In this document: piece after piece, positions 26,805 to 37,071 of the stretch
How positions within the stretch are numbered: position 1 is the first letter of the stretch
Layout: each line of letters opens with the position of its first letter
Assembly: GCA_017410145.1 (NCBI GenBank)
Contig: JAFQRJ010000006.1
Coordinates: forward strand, 21,062-85,061
DNA: 64,000 nucleotides
DNA from: Tyzzerella sp.
GTDB lineage: Bacteria; Bacillota; Clostridia; Lachnospirales; Lachnospiraceae
Reading direction: 5' to 3'
The notes under the pieces: model-generated
Database searches by the model: none
Told to the model about the DNA's origin: nothing
The model's input: only the letters and a program-made list of their open reading frames with translations
Translations under genes and position numbers: made by a program

Positions 26805-28091
26805 ATGAGCTTACAAGTAGAAAAATTAGAAAAAAACATGGCAAAACTTACAATTGAAGTTTCTGCTGAAGAATTAGACAAAGCAATTCAAGCTGCTTAT
26901 CTGAAACAAAGAAAACACATCAGCGTACCTGGATTCCGTAAAGGAAAAGTTCCACGTCAAATGATTGAAAAAATGTATGGAGTGGAAATTTTCTATGAAG
27001 ATGCAGCAAATGCATTGATTCCGGATGCATATGCAAACGCATACGATGAAAGTGGTTTGGAAATCGTTTCACAACCAAGCATTGATGTTGTTCAATTAGA
27101 AAAGGGAAAACCATTTATCTTCACAGCAGAAGTAGCTCTCAAACCGGAAGTAACACTTGGTGAATACAAAGGATTGAAAGTAGACAAAGTTTCTACCAGA
27201 GTAACTGCAAAAGAAGTAGATGCTAGATTAGAAGAAGAACAAAAGAAAAATGCAAGAACAATTACAGTAGAAGACCGTGCAGTACAAGACGGAGATGAAG
27301 TAATTTTCGATTTTGAAGGATTTGTTAACGGTGTTGCATTTGAAGGTGGTAAAGGCGAAAACTATCCATTGACAATCGGTTCGGGAGCATTTATTCCAGG
27401 ATTTGAAGAACAATTAATCGGTGTAGAAGTTGAAAAAGAAGTGGAAGTAAATGTGACATTCCCAGAAGAATACCATGCAGAAGATTTAGCCGGAAAAGAA
27501 GCTACATTTAAATGTACCGTACATGAAATCAAAGTAAAAGAACTTCCGGAATTAGATGATGATTTCGCTGCAGAAGTTTCTGAATTTGATACATTAGAGG
27601 AATACAAGGCTGATATCAAAGCTAAGATCAAAGAACAAAAAATTACAGAAGGTAACAGACAAAAAGAAGATCAGGCTGTAGAAAAAGCAGTTGCAAATGC
27701 TACAATGGATATCCCGGAAGCAATGATTGACACTCAAGTGGGACAAATGACACAAGAATTTGCACAAAGATTGCAGTCACAAGGTCTTTCTATGGAACAA
27801 TACTTCCAGTTTACAGGTTTAACTGCAGATAAGATGAAAGAAGAAATGAGACCACAAGCTGTGAAGCGCATTGAGACAAGATTAGTTCTTGAAGCAATTG
27901 CAAAAGCAGAAAACATCGAAATTTCTGATGAAAAATTAGATGCAGAATTAACAAAAATGGCTGAAACATACCAGATGGAAGTTGACAAACTGAAAGAATA
28001 CATGGGTGAAAGCGAAAAAGCACAAATGAAGGCTGATATGGCTGTTCAGGAAGCAGTAACATTGTTAGTTGACAACGCTGTAGAAGAATAG
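26805..28091 (+). CDS. tig: Trigger factor
   Basis: PGFRKGKVP, FKBP domain FEGGK...FIPGFEEQL..VTFPEEYH. Confidence 0.97.
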   Translation: MSLQVEKLEKNMAKLTIEVSAEELDKAIQAAYLKQRKHISVPGFRKGKVPRQMIEKMYGVEIFYEDAANALIPDAYANAYDESGLEIVSQPSIDVVQLEKGKPFIFTAEVALKPEVTLGEYKGLKVDKVSTRVTAKEVDARLEEEQKKNARTITVEDRAVQDGDEVIFDFEGFVNGVAFEGGKGENYPLTIGSGAFIPGFEEQLIGVEVEKEVEVNVTFPEEYHAEDLAGKEATFKCTVHEIKVKELPELDDDFAAEVSEFDTLEEYKADIKAKIKEQKITEGNRQKEDQAVEKAVANATMDIPEAMIDTQVGQMTQEFAQRLQSQGLSMEQYFQFTGLTADKMKEEMRPQAVKRIETRLVLEAIAKAENIEISDEKLDAELTKMAETYQMEVDKLKEYMGESEKAQMKADMAVQEAVTLLVDNAVEE

Positions 28092-28110
28092 AACTTAAGG
28101 GAGGCATTTC

Positions 28111-28692
28111 ATGAGCGTAATACCTTATGTCATTGAACAAACAAGTCGTGGAGAACGTTCTTATGACATTTATTCAAGACTATTAAAAGAGAGAATCATT
28201 TTCTTGGGAGAAGAAGTAAGTGATGCTTCTGCAAGTGTAATTATTGCACAATTGTTATTCCTTGAAGGTGAAGATCCGGAAAAAGATATTCATTTGTATA
28301 TTAACAGTCCAGGTGGTTCTGTTACGGCAGGTATGGCTATCTATGATACAATGCAATACATTAAATGTGATGTATCTACAATCTGTATTGGAATGGCTGC
28401 AAGTATGGGTTCATTCTTGCTGGCAGGTGGTGCGAAGGGTAAGCGTTATGCACTTCCGAATTCTGAAATTATGATTCATCAGCCATCCGGCGGAGCAAAA
28501 GGACAGGCAACAGAGATTAAGATAGTTGCTGAACATATCTTGAAGACAAGAAGTAAATTGAACCAAATCCTTGCAGAGAACACAGGACAAAGTTTAGAAA
28601 GAATTGAAATTGATACAGAACGAGACAATTTCATGTCTGCACAGGAAGCAAAAGAATACGGTTTGGTAGATGAGGTAATTACCAGCCATTAA
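28111..28692 (+). CDS. clpP: Clp protease proteolytic subunit
   Basis: [38 protein letters not shown]. Confidence 0.98.
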   Translation: MSVIPYVIEQTSRGERSYDIYSRLLKERIIFLGEEVSDASASVIIAQLLFLEGEDPEKDIHLYINSPGGSVTAGMAIYDTMQYIKCDVSTICIGMAASMGSFLLAGGAKGKRYALPNSEIMIHQPSGGAKGQATEIKIVAEHILKTRSKLNQILAENTGQSLERIEIDTERDNFMSAQEAKEYGLVDEVITSH

Positions 28693-28758
28693 TGAAAAAC
28701 AAGGGGGATGTTCTGGAACAAAGAGCAGCCCCTTTACGCTTGAAAATGAGGAGAGAGT

Positions 28759-30015
28759 ATGGCAGGAAGAAAAGGTGAAGATATCGTTAGATGTTCATTT
28801 TGTGGCAAAACACAGGCACAAGTACGTAAACTGATTGCAGGACCGAATAATACATTTATCTGTGATGAATGTGTGGAGGTTTGTGCAGAGATTATTGACG
28901 AGGAACTGGAACAGGATGAGATTAATCCTGTGGCAGAGGATATTAACCTCTTAAAGCCGGAAGAAATCAAAGCATTCTTGGATGATTATGTAATTGGACA
29001 AGATGAGGCCAAAAAGGTTCTTTCCGTTGCAGTTTACAATCATTACAAAAGAATCCTTGCTGGAAAAGACTTGGGAGTAGAGTTACAAAAGAGTAATATT
29101 TTAATGTTGGGACCAACCGGCTGCGGTAAGACTTTATTAGCACAGACACTAGCGAAGATCTTGAATGTGCCATTTGCAATTGCAGATGCAACAGCACTGA
29201 CAGAGGCTGGTTATGTTGGCGAAGACGTGGAAAATATTTTGTTAAAGGTAATCCAGGCAGCAGACGGTGATGTAAAACGTGCTGAATATGGAATTATCTA
29301 TATAGATGAAATTGATAAGATTACAAGAAAATCTGAAAATCCATCCATCACCCGTGATGTATCGGGAGAAGGTGTGCAACAGGCGCTTCTTAAGATTATC
29401 GAAGGAACTGTGGCATCTGTACCACCACAGGGCGGTAGAAAGCACCCACACCAAGAATTGATTCAGATTGACACTACAAATATTTTGTTTATTTGCGGTG
29501 GAGCATTCGAGGGTATTGAGAAAATTATTGAGACTCGTTTGGACCGCAAGTCTATGGGATTTAATTCCGAGATTATGGGGAAGGCCGAGAAGAGAAATGG
29601 TCAGTTACTGAAACAGATTTTACCACAGGATTTAATCAAATTTGGTATTATTCCGGAGTTGGTAGGTCGTGTTCCGATTAACGTAACATTAGATACACTC
29701 GACCGGGAGGCGTTGATACGTATCTTGACAGAACCAAAGAGTGCAATTGTAAAACAATATAAAAAGTTATTGGAACTTGACGGTGTTGAGTTGGAGTTTG
29801 AAAAGGATGCTTTGGAGGAGATTGCAGATATTACATTAGCAAGAAAAACCGGAGCAAGGGGACTTCGTGCAATTATGGAAAATATCATGATGGATACCAT
29901 GTATCACGTACCATCCGATGAAACTATAAAAACTTGTTTAATCACAAAAGATGTGGTGCTTTGCAAGGAAAAGCCAGTTTATAATTCCAATGCAGTTGCA
30001 ACACAAAGTGCGTAA
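28759..30015 (+). CDS. clpX: Clp protease ATP-binding subunit
   Basis: CSFCGK zinc finger, [33 protein letters not shown]. Confidence 0.98.
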   Translation: MAGRKGEDIVRCSFCGKTQAQVRKLIAGPNNTFICDECVEVCAEIIDEELEQDEINPVAEDINLLKPEEIKAFLDDYVIGQDEAKKVLSVAVYNHYKRILAGKDLGVELQKSNILMLGPTGCGKTLLAQTLAKILNVPFAIADATALTEAGYVGEDVENILLKVIQAADGDVKRAEYGIIYIDEIDKITRKSENPSITRDVSGEGVQQALLKIIEGTVASVPPQGGRKHPHQELIQIDTTNILFICGGAFEGIEKIIETRLDRKSMGFNSEIMGKAEKRNGQLLKQILPQDLIKFGIIPELVGRVPINVTLDTLDREALIRILTEPKSAIVKQYKKLLELDGVELEFEKDALEEIADITLARKTGARGLRAIMENIMMDTMYHVPSDETIKTCLITKDVVLCKEKPVYNSNAVATQSA

Positions 30016-30018
30016 ATA

Positions 30019-30050
30019 GGGAGCGGGTACAGATAATGTGCTCGCTTTTT
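30019..30050 (+). terminator. Terminator-like hairpin after clpX
   Basis: GAGCGGGTACA-GATAA-TGTGCTCGC followed by T-run. Confidence 0.6.
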
Positions 30051-30096
30051 GTTGTGTGAGAGTTTGAGGGGAAACTCGAAAAAAGGAGAAGGATAT

Positions 30097-32424
30097 ATGG
30101 AAAAACAAACGATTAGTATGCCGATGGTTGCTTTGCGTGGAATGACGGTTTTACCGGAAATGGTGGCTCATTTCGACGTAAGCAGAACACGTTCTGTTCA
30201 GGCAGTCAAGAAGGCAATGCAGGGGAAAGAACAGAAAGTATTTCTCGTTGCCCAACGAGAATTAAGTATAGAAGAACCAACACAAAAAGATGTTTATGAA
30301 ATAGGTACCATTGCTACAATTAAGCAAATTGCAAAAATGCCAAAAGATATGTATCGTGTCTTGGTGACGGGACAAGAACGCGCCAAACTGGTACAAATTA
30401 CAGAATCAGATCCATTTTTGCAGGCAGAGGTAGAAGTTGTGGAAGACTACAATGACTATGAGCCGGAGCATTTGAATGAAATGCCGGAGGTAAAGGCATT
30501 GCAGGAGATTTTCTTTGAATACTCATTGAAAAGCGGAAAGATTCCAAAAGAGATAACAGCACAGATTGCAGATATCAAGGAGTTTAAGGCCTTAGTCAAT
30601 AAAATAGCAGCAGTTTTACCATTCGATTATCTCAATTTGCAGGATATTCTGGAAGAAAACGATTTATACAAACGATGTGCACTTTTAAGTTTTAAAATAG
30701 CCAATGAAATTGCTGTGTTAGCGATGAAGGATACCATTCAAAGCAAAGTAAAGGAACGCATGGAAAAACACCAAAAGGAGTTTATTTTAAGAGAGCAGTT
30801 AAAAGTGATTCGTGAGGAATTGGGTGAGGAGAATCTGGTCTCTGATGCAGAGGAATTTACGGATGCAACCAATAAATTAAAGGCTTCTCAAGAAGTAAAA
30901 GATAAATTAATGAAGGAAATTCATCGGTTCAAAAGTGCGATGCAAAATTCCGCTGAAAATGGGGTTTCTCGTACCTATATTGAAACCATGCTGGAAATGC
31001 CGTGGGATAAAATGGTGGAGGATAAGGTGAATATTGCAGAGGCAAAGAGAATTCTGGATGAAGACCATTACGGCTTGGAGAAGGTGAAGGAGAGAATTTT
31101 AGAATTTCTTGCAGTACGCACATTGACGAGTAAAGGGGAGAGCCCGATTCTTTGCTTGGTAGGCCCACCGGGAACGGGAAAAACTTCCATTGCAAAGTCT
31201 CTTTCAAAAGCATTGAACAAACCTTATGCCAGAATTTCACTTGGCGGGGTAAGGGATGAAGCAGAGATACGAGGACATCGCAAAACCTACGTGGGAGCTA
31301 TGCCGGGACGTATTGCAAATGCATTAAAATCAACAGGTGCGAAAAATTCACTCATTTTGTTAGATGAGATTGACAAAGTAAGTAATGATTATAAAGGGGA
31401 TACATTCTCCGCACTTTTAGAGGTGCTTGACAGTGAGCAAAATGTCAAGTTCCGAGACCATTATCTGGAAGTGCCGTTGGATTTGTCAGAAGTTCTGTTT
31501 GTTACTACAGCCAATAGCTTGCAAACAATTCCAAGGCCACTTTTGGATCGTATGGAAGTGATAGAAATCAGCAGTTATACGGAAAATGAAAAATTGCACA
31601 TCGCCACCAGACATTTGGTTCCAAAACAGCTTCAAAAGCATGGATTGACAGAGGAACAGTTGAAAATTACAAAAGGTGCCATTTGGAAAATGGTGAGTGG
31701 TTATACGAAGGAAGCCGGTGTGAGACAATTGGAACGTACCATCGGTGAAATTTGCAGAAAGACAGCAAGAGAGATCCTCGAAGGTGGGAAGGCAACTATC
31801 CGTGTAACGGAACGCAATCTTGAAAAATATTTAGGAAAAGAGAAATTTCACTATCATTTGATTAATCAAACTGATGAAATCGGGATTGTACGAGGGCTTG
31901 CGTGGACCAGCGTGGGAGGAGACACCCTGGAAATAGAAGTAAATATCATGCCGGGAAAAGGTGAAATTCTATTGACAGGACAACTGGGAGATGTTATGAA
32001 AGAATCAGCAAGAGCCGGAATTAGTTACATTCGTTCTGTGGGAGAAGAATATCATATTTCAGAGGATTTCTTTGAGAAACATGATATTCACATCCATATA
32101 CCGGAAGGAGCAACCCCAAAAGATGGTCCGTCTGCAGGAATCACTATGGCAACCGCTATGCTTTCGGCAATCACAGAGAGAAAGGTGCGTGCCGATGTAG
32201 CAATGACAGGTGAAATTACTTTGCGTGGACGAGTGCTTCCAATCGGTGGTTTGAAGGAAAAATTGCTTGCTGCCAAAAATGCAGGTGTAAAAATTGTGCT
32301 TGTTCCGGAAAAGAATATGCGGGACGTGGAAGACATTTCAAATGAGATTACAAATGGATTGGAAATTGTACCGGTAGGCACTATGACAGAAGTTCTGGAA
32401 AAAGCCTTGGTATGTGAGGACTAG
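30097..32424 (+). CDS. lon: Lon protease
   Basis: [44 protein letters not shown]. Confidence 0.97.
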   Translation: MEKQTISMPMVALRGMTVLPEMVAHFDVSRTRSVQAVKKAMQGKEQKVFLVAQRELSIEEPTQKDVYEIGTIATIKQIAKMPKDMYRVLVTGQERAKLVQITESDPFLQAEVEVVEDYNDYEPEHLNEMPEVKALQEIFFEYSLKSGKIPKEITAQIADIKEFKALVNKIAAVLPFDYLNLQDILEENDLYKRCALLSFKIANEIAVLAMKDTIQSKVKERMEKHQKEFILREQLKVIREELGEENLVSDAEEFTDATNKLKASQEVKDKLMKEIHRFKSAMQNSAENGVSRTYIETMLEMPWDKMVEDKVNIAEAKRILDEDHYGLEKVKERILEFLAVRTLTSKGESPILCLVGPPGTGKTSIAKSLSKALNKPYARISLGGVRDEAEIRGHRKTYVGAMPGRIANALKSTGAKNSLILLDEIDKVSNDYKGDTFSALLEVLDSEQNVKFRDHYLEVPLDLSEVLFVTTANSLQTIPRPLLDRMEVIEISSYTENEKLHIATRHLVPKQLQKHGLTEEQLKITKGAIWKMVSGYTKEAGVRQLERTIGEICRKTAREILEGGKATIRVTERNLEKYLGKEKFHYHLINQTDEIGIVRGLAWTSVGGDTLEIEVNIMPGKGEILLTGQLGDVMKESARAGISYIRSVGEEYHISEDFFEKHDIHIHIPEGATPKDGPSAGITMATAMLSAITERKVRADVAMTGEITLRGRVLPIGGLKEKLLAAKNAGVKIVLVPEKNMRDVEDISNEITNGLEIVPVGTMTEVLEKALVCED

Positions 32425-32427
32425 AGT

Positions 32428-33030
32428 ATGAAGATTAAGAATGTAGAATTGGAAATTGTTTGCGGAATTACAAGTAAGTTGTCGGAGACAGACAAAGTGG
32501 AAATTGCGTTTGCAGGGAAGTCAAATGTGGGTAAATCTTCTTTGATTAATGCCTTAATGAATCGCAAGGCACTTGCAAGAACATCGGCCACTCCGGGAAA
32601 AACCCAGACCATTAATTTCTATAATGTAAATGATGTAATGTATCTGGTGGATTTGCCGGGATATGGGTATGCAAAGGTGTCTGAACAAGAAAAAATCAAA
32701 TGGGGACAGCTGATTGAACGTTATTTGAATACATCGAAGCAGTTAAAAGCTGTTTTCTTATTGATTGATATCAGGCATGACCCATCTGCAAATGATAAGA
32801 TGATGTATGAGTGGATTGTGGCGCAAGGCTATCATCCAATTATCATTGCAACAAAGCTGGATAAATTGAAACGAAGCCAAGTGGCAAAACATGTGAAAAT
32901 GATTAAGGAAGGATTAAAACTCCTTCCGGGAACAACGGTTATTCCTTTCTCGGCGGAGACAAAACAAGGCCGGGAAGAAATTTGGGAACTCATGGAAACT
33001 TACCTACAAGAAGAAACTGAGGTGGAGTAG
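32428..33030 (+). CDS. engB: Ribosome biogenesis GTPase YsxC/EngB
   Basis: GKSNVGKSS, PGKT, DLPGYGYA, TKLDK; follows lon. Confidence 0.96.
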   Translation: MKIKNVELEIVCGITSKLSETDKVEIAFAGKSNVGKSSLINALMNRKALARTSATPGKTQTINFYNVNDVMYLVDLPGYGYAKVSEQEKIKWGQLIERYLNTSKQLKAVFLLIDIRHDPSANDKMMYEWIVAQGYHPIIIATKLDKLKRSQVAKHVKMIKEGLKLLPGTTVIPFSAETKQGREEIWELMETYLQEETEVE

Positions 33031-34149
33031 ATGGAAAATACACGTCCATATTGGAAAGTGATAGTCAGTTTAATATTTAGTCTGCTTGCAACGGCTTTTG
33101 TTGTGGGAGTGGGTGTAGGATTGATTCGATTTCTAATGCCATTTGTGATTGGTTGGATTATTTCTTGTATTGCAAATCCGGTAGTCTGCTGGCTGGATAA
33201 GAAAGTGAAGATTCAGAAGAAATTTGGCTCTGCAATTATGATTATTGTTGTAATTGGAACAGTTGTTGGACTCTTATATTTGCTCGGAAGCATGATTGTA
33301 AAGGAACTTGGTGGCCTTGTCACAAATCTTCCGGAAATGTATGAAGAAATTGAACTTCAGCTCAAAGAAATTGCAAGTAACCTGGCAGGTTTCTTTGATA
33401 AATTACCAAAAGGTGTTCAGAATGGCTGGAATGCGATTGTATCCGGTATAGGAAATGCAACAGGAGGGTGGATCGAAAAAATAAGCGACCCGACAGTGTC
33501 CTTGGTTGGAGATATTGCAAAATCTATTCCAACCATTATTATCGGAACTTTTGTTACGATTCTTTCGGCTTACTTTTTTGTGGCAGACAGAGAAAATGTG
33601 GTTGCTTGGTTTAAGAAAGTGATTCCACAATCTGTATATCAGAGACTGACCATGGTAGTCACCAATTTCAAATTCTCTGTAGGAGGATATTTCAAAGCGC
33701 AGTTCAAGATTATGGGAGTCGTGGGTGCCATTTTGTTGATTGGTCTTAGCATTCTAAGAATCAAATATGTGATTGTTCTTTCGATTATTATTGCATTTTT
33801 AGATTTCCTCCCGTTCTTAGGGACAGGAACTGCATTTGTACCATGGTGTATTTATACGTTTCTAGTCGGAGACTATAAGCGATTGATTTTCCTCGTAATT
33901 CTGTATGCAACAACGCAGATTGTTCGTCAGTTGATTCAGCCAAAACTGGTGGGAGACGAAGTGGGATTAAAACCGCTTCCGACCTTGGTGTTCATTTACA
34001 TTGGTTACCGATTAGGTGGTGTCGTTTGGATGATTCTTGCCGTGCCAATCGGTATGATTATGATTAACATGGTGAAGGCCGGAGCCTTTGATTATATTAT
34101 TAATGATGTGAAGATATTGGCCAAAGGAATTAAGAGTATGAGAGAATAG
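33031..34149 (+). CDS. ytvI: Sporulation integral membrane protein YtvI (AI-2E family)
   Basis: GYFKAQ, DFLPFLGTG..FVPW, RQLIQPKLVG..VGLKPL. Confidence 0.85.
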   Translation: MENTRPYWKVIVSLIFSLLATAFVVGVGVGLIRFLMPFVIGWIISCIANPVVCWLDKKVKIQKKFGSAIMIIVVIGTVVGLLYLLGSMIVKELGGLVTNLPEMYEEIELQLKEIASNLAGFFDKLPKGVQNGWNAIVSGIGNATGGWIEKISDPTVSLVGDIAKSIPTIIIGTFVTILSAYFFVADRENVVAWFKKVIPQSVYQRLTMVVTNFKFSVGGYFKAQFKIMGVVGAILLIGLSILRIKYVIVLSIIIAFLDFLPFLGTGTAFVPWCIYTFLVGDYKRLIFLVILYATTQIVRQLIQPKLVGDEVGLKPLPTLVFIYIGYRLGGVVWMILAVPIGMIMINMVKAGAFDYIINDVKILAKGIKSMRE

Positions 34150-34161
34150 GTAAAGTTGTAT

Positions 34162-34190
34162 TTGTATTCTTTTGGTAAATATGTTACAAT
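34162..34190 (+). promoter_or_regulatory. SigA promoter of the BMC gene pair
   Basis: TTGTAT-N17-TACAAT with TGn extension. Confidence 0.6.
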
Positions 34191-34247
34191 ATGCCAAGAA
34201 AGTTTAATGTGTATCATATACGCAAAAGAAGAAGCGAGGAATTCACA

Positions 34248-34547
34248 ATGAATGGTAAATACGATGGTATGGCAATTGGTGTGTTTGAATTAGATAGCGA
34301 ATGTGCATGCTTTGTTGCATTGGATGCAGCGGCAAAAACTGCGGATGTCAAGATTCAATCTGTAGAGAGAAACCGTCTTGGCGCAGGTGCCTGCGTAAAG
34401 ATGCGTGGTAGAATATCAGATGTGAACGCGGCAATGGAAGCAGCATTGGCAAAGGCGGCACCGATTTCAAAGATTATTTCGCATACAGTAATTGCTGCTC
34501 CTGATAAGGGAACAGAACTTGCAGCAGCGATGACAATCAGTAAGTAA
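34248..34547 (+). CDS. BMC-H bacterial microcompartment shell protein
   Basis: AIGVFE...ALDAAAKTADV...RGRISDVNAAMEAA...HTVIAAP; 99 aa. Confidence 0.85.
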   Translation: MNGKYDGMAIGVFELDSECACFVALDAAAKTADVKIQSVERNRLGAGACVKMRGRISDVNAAMEAALAKAAPISKIISHTVIAAPDKGTELAAAMTISK

Positions 34548-34570
34548 GGTCGAAAGCAGAGGTAGATGTT

Positions 34571-34858
34571 ATGAGATACGGAGCATATGGATTAGTGGAA
34601 GTTCTCGGAGAGGCAAATGCAGTGATTGTATTAGACCAGATGTTGAAGACTTCGGAAGTGGAATATGAAACAAAGGATACAAAATGTGGGGGACACGTAT
34701 TAGTTTTTGTCAGTGGAGAGGTGGCTGCTGTCAGCGCGGCAGTAGAGCGCGTGACTACGAACCCACTATGTAAGATTTTCGCATCTGCAGTTGTCTCCAA
34801 TCCGTCAGAAGAAATGATTGGGATTGTGGAAGAATTTAAGGCAAGAGCGAAGAAGTAA
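34571..34858 (+). CDS. BMC-H bacterial microcompartment shell protein
   Basis: AYGLVEV.G...LDQMLKTSEV...VSGEVAAVSAAV...VVSNP; 95 aa. Confidence 0.88.
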   Translation: MRYGAYGLVEVLGEANAVIVLDQMLKTSEVEYETKDTKCGGHVLVFVSGEVAAVSAAVERVTTNPLCKIFASAVVSNPSEEMIGIVEEFKARAKK

Positions 34859-34878
34859 TTTATTGATACGAATATCAC

Positions 34879-34920
34879 AAAGTACAGAACAAAAGTTCGA
34901 TTTGTTCTGTACTTTTCTTT
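34879..34920 (+). terminator. Terminator of the BMC pair
   Basis: AAAGTACAGAACAAA-AGTTCGA-TTTGTTCTGTACTTT followed by T-rich run. Confidence 0.75.
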
Positions 34921-34936
34921 TATCTTCTGATATAAT
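34886..34936 (+). promoter_or_regulatory. LexA (SOS/Cheo) box and extended -10 of uvrBA
   Basis: AGAAC-AAAA-GTTCG at 34886-34899; TGATATAAT at 34928-34936. Confidence 0.75.
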
Positions 34937-34991
34937 CTAGTAGAATAAGTAGATAATAGTTTTAAGAACGATTGGAACCAGGAGGTTAGTT

Positions 34992-36977
34992 ATGGATCAA
35001 TTCGTTTTAAAATCAGAATACAAGCCAACCGGCGACCAACCTCAAGCCATCGAAGCCCTTGTAAAAGGCTTTGAGGAGGGCAATCAATGCCAGACATTAC
35101 TTGGTGTTACAGGCTCCGGTAAAACGTTTACAATGGCGAATATTATTGAAAAACTGAATAAACCAACCTTGGTAATTGCACATAACAAGACCTTGGCTGC
35201 GCAACTCTACGGGGAGTTCAAGGAGTTCTTCCCTGATAACGCGGTGGAGTATTTTGTGTCCTATTACGATTACTACCAGCCGGAAGCCTATGTGCCATCG
35301 TCGGATACGTATATTGCCAAAGATTCGTCTATCAATGATGAGATTGACAAACTGCGCCATTCTGCCACAGCAGCGCTTTCTGAACGCCGCGATGTAATCA
35401 TTGTAGCCAGCGTATCCTGTATCTATGGGCTTGGCTCACCGATTGATTATAAAGAGATGGTGATTTCCCTTCGTCCGGGTATGATAAAAGACCGTGACGA
35501 AGTCATTCGAAAACTCATTGATATACAGTATGATCGCAATGAGATGGATTTTAAACGGGGAACATTTCGTGTGCATGGCGATGTGTTGGAGATTTTTCCG
35601 GCATATTCGGAAAGCAAGGCCTACCGTGTGGAATTTTTTGGGGATGAAGTGGACAGAATTACAGAGATAGATGTGCTGACAGGGGAGATTAAAGCTTCAT
35701 TGGAGCATATGGTGATTTTCCCGGCATCACACTACGTGGTTTCACAGGACAGCATGAATCGTGCTATCCATGAGATCGAAGATGAATTAGATGAGCGGGT
35801 GCGATATTTTAAGAGCGAAGATAAATTATTGGAGGCACAGCGTATTGCTGAACGCACCAATTTCGATATAGAAATGATGAGAGAGACTGGATTTTGTTCC
35901 GGAATTGAGAACTATTCCAGACATTTGACCGGTCTTGAACCGGGGCAACCACCACACACATTAATTGATTATTTCCCAGATGATTTTCTGATTATGATTG
36001 ATGAGTCTCACATGACCATTCCGCAATTGGGGGCTATGTACAATGGAGACCAGTCAAGGAAATCTACGCTGGTGGAATACGGATTTCGTCTGCCGTCTGC
36101 CAAGGACAACCGTCCACTGAATTTTGTTGAGTTTGAAGGAAAGGTGAATCAGATGCTTTTCGTTTCTGCTACACCTGGAAAATACGAGGAGCAAAATGAA
36201 CTCCTTCGTGCGGAGCAGATTATTCGTCCGACGGGACTTTTGGACCCGGTGGTAGAGGTACGCCCGATTGAAGGCCAGATTGATGATTTGATTGGGGAAG
36301 TGAATAAAGAAGTTGCAAATAAGAATAAAGTTTTGATTACCACGCTTACGAAACGTATGGCAGAGGATTTGACGGACTATATGCGGGAATTGGGCATTCG
36401 TGTGAAATATCTCCACTCGGATATCGATACCTTGGAGCGAACAGAGATTATCCGAGATATGCGTTTGGATGTATTCGATGTTCTTGTGGGTATTAACCTT
36501 TTGCGAGAAGGTTTGGATATTCCGGAGATTACGCTCATAGCCATCTTAGATGCGGATAAGGAAGGGTTCCTCCGTTCTGAGACGTCGCTTATTCAGACTA
36601 TTGGACGTGCAGCACGTAACTCAGAGGGACACGTTATTATGTACGCAGATGTCATTACTGATTCCATGAGACGTGCGATGGAAGAAACTGAGCGTAGACG
36701 CAAGCTCCAGATGGAGTATAATGTAGAACATGGTATTACACCACAGACCATTCGTAAAGCAGTCCGCGACTTGATTAGTATTTCTAAAAAGGTTGCAGCG
36801 GAAGAACTTCGCATGGAGAAGGATCCGGAATCTATGAGTAAGACGGAACTGGAGAAATTAATTAAAGATGTTTCCAAACAAATGCGAAAGGCTGCGGCAG
36901 AACTTAACTTTGAGGCGGCAGCAAGCTTGCGTGATAAGATGATTGAATTAAAGCAAGTATATCAAGCACTAGATTGA
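34992..36977 (+). CDS. uvrB: Excinuclease ABC subunit B
   Basis: [43 protein letters not shown]. Confidence 0.98.
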   Translation: MDQFVLKSEYKPTGDQPQAIEALVKGFEEGNQCQTLLGVTGSGKTFTMANIIEKLNKPTLVIAHNKTLAAQLYGEFKEFFPDNAVEYFVSYYDYYQPEAYVPSSDTYIAKDSSINDEIDKLRHSATAALSERRDVIIVASVSCIYGLGSPIDYKEMVISLRPGMIKDRDEVIRKLIDIQYDRNEMDFKRGTFRVHGDVLEIFPAYSESKAYRVEFFGDEVDRITEIDVLTGEIKASLEHMVIFPASHYVVSQDSMNRAIHEIEDELDERVRYFKSEDKLLEAQRIAERTNFDIEMMRETGFCSGIENYSRHLTGLEPGQPPHTLIDYFPDDFLIMIDESHMTIPQLGAMYNGDQSRKSTLVEYGFRLPSAKDNRPLNFVEFEGKVNQMLFVSATPGKYEEQNELLRAEQIIRPTGLLDPVVEVRPIEGQIDDLIGEVNKEVANKNKVLITTLTKRMAEDLTDYMRELGIRVKYLHSDIDTLERTEIIRDMRLDVFDVLVGINLLREGLDIPEITLIAILDADKEGFLRSETSLIQTIGRAARNSEGHVIMYADVITDSMRRAMEETERRRKLQMEYNVEHGITPQTIRKAVRDLISISKKVAAEELRMEKDPESMSKTELEKLIKDVSKQMRKAAAELNFEAAASLRDKMIELKQVYQALD

Positions 36978-37071
36978 GATATGATGCCACATTGTGAGAA
37001 AATGTGCACCTATCTGGAGTGTAGCATGTGCAATGCACATGATATGACATTAAAGGAGCATACAGTAAAAT

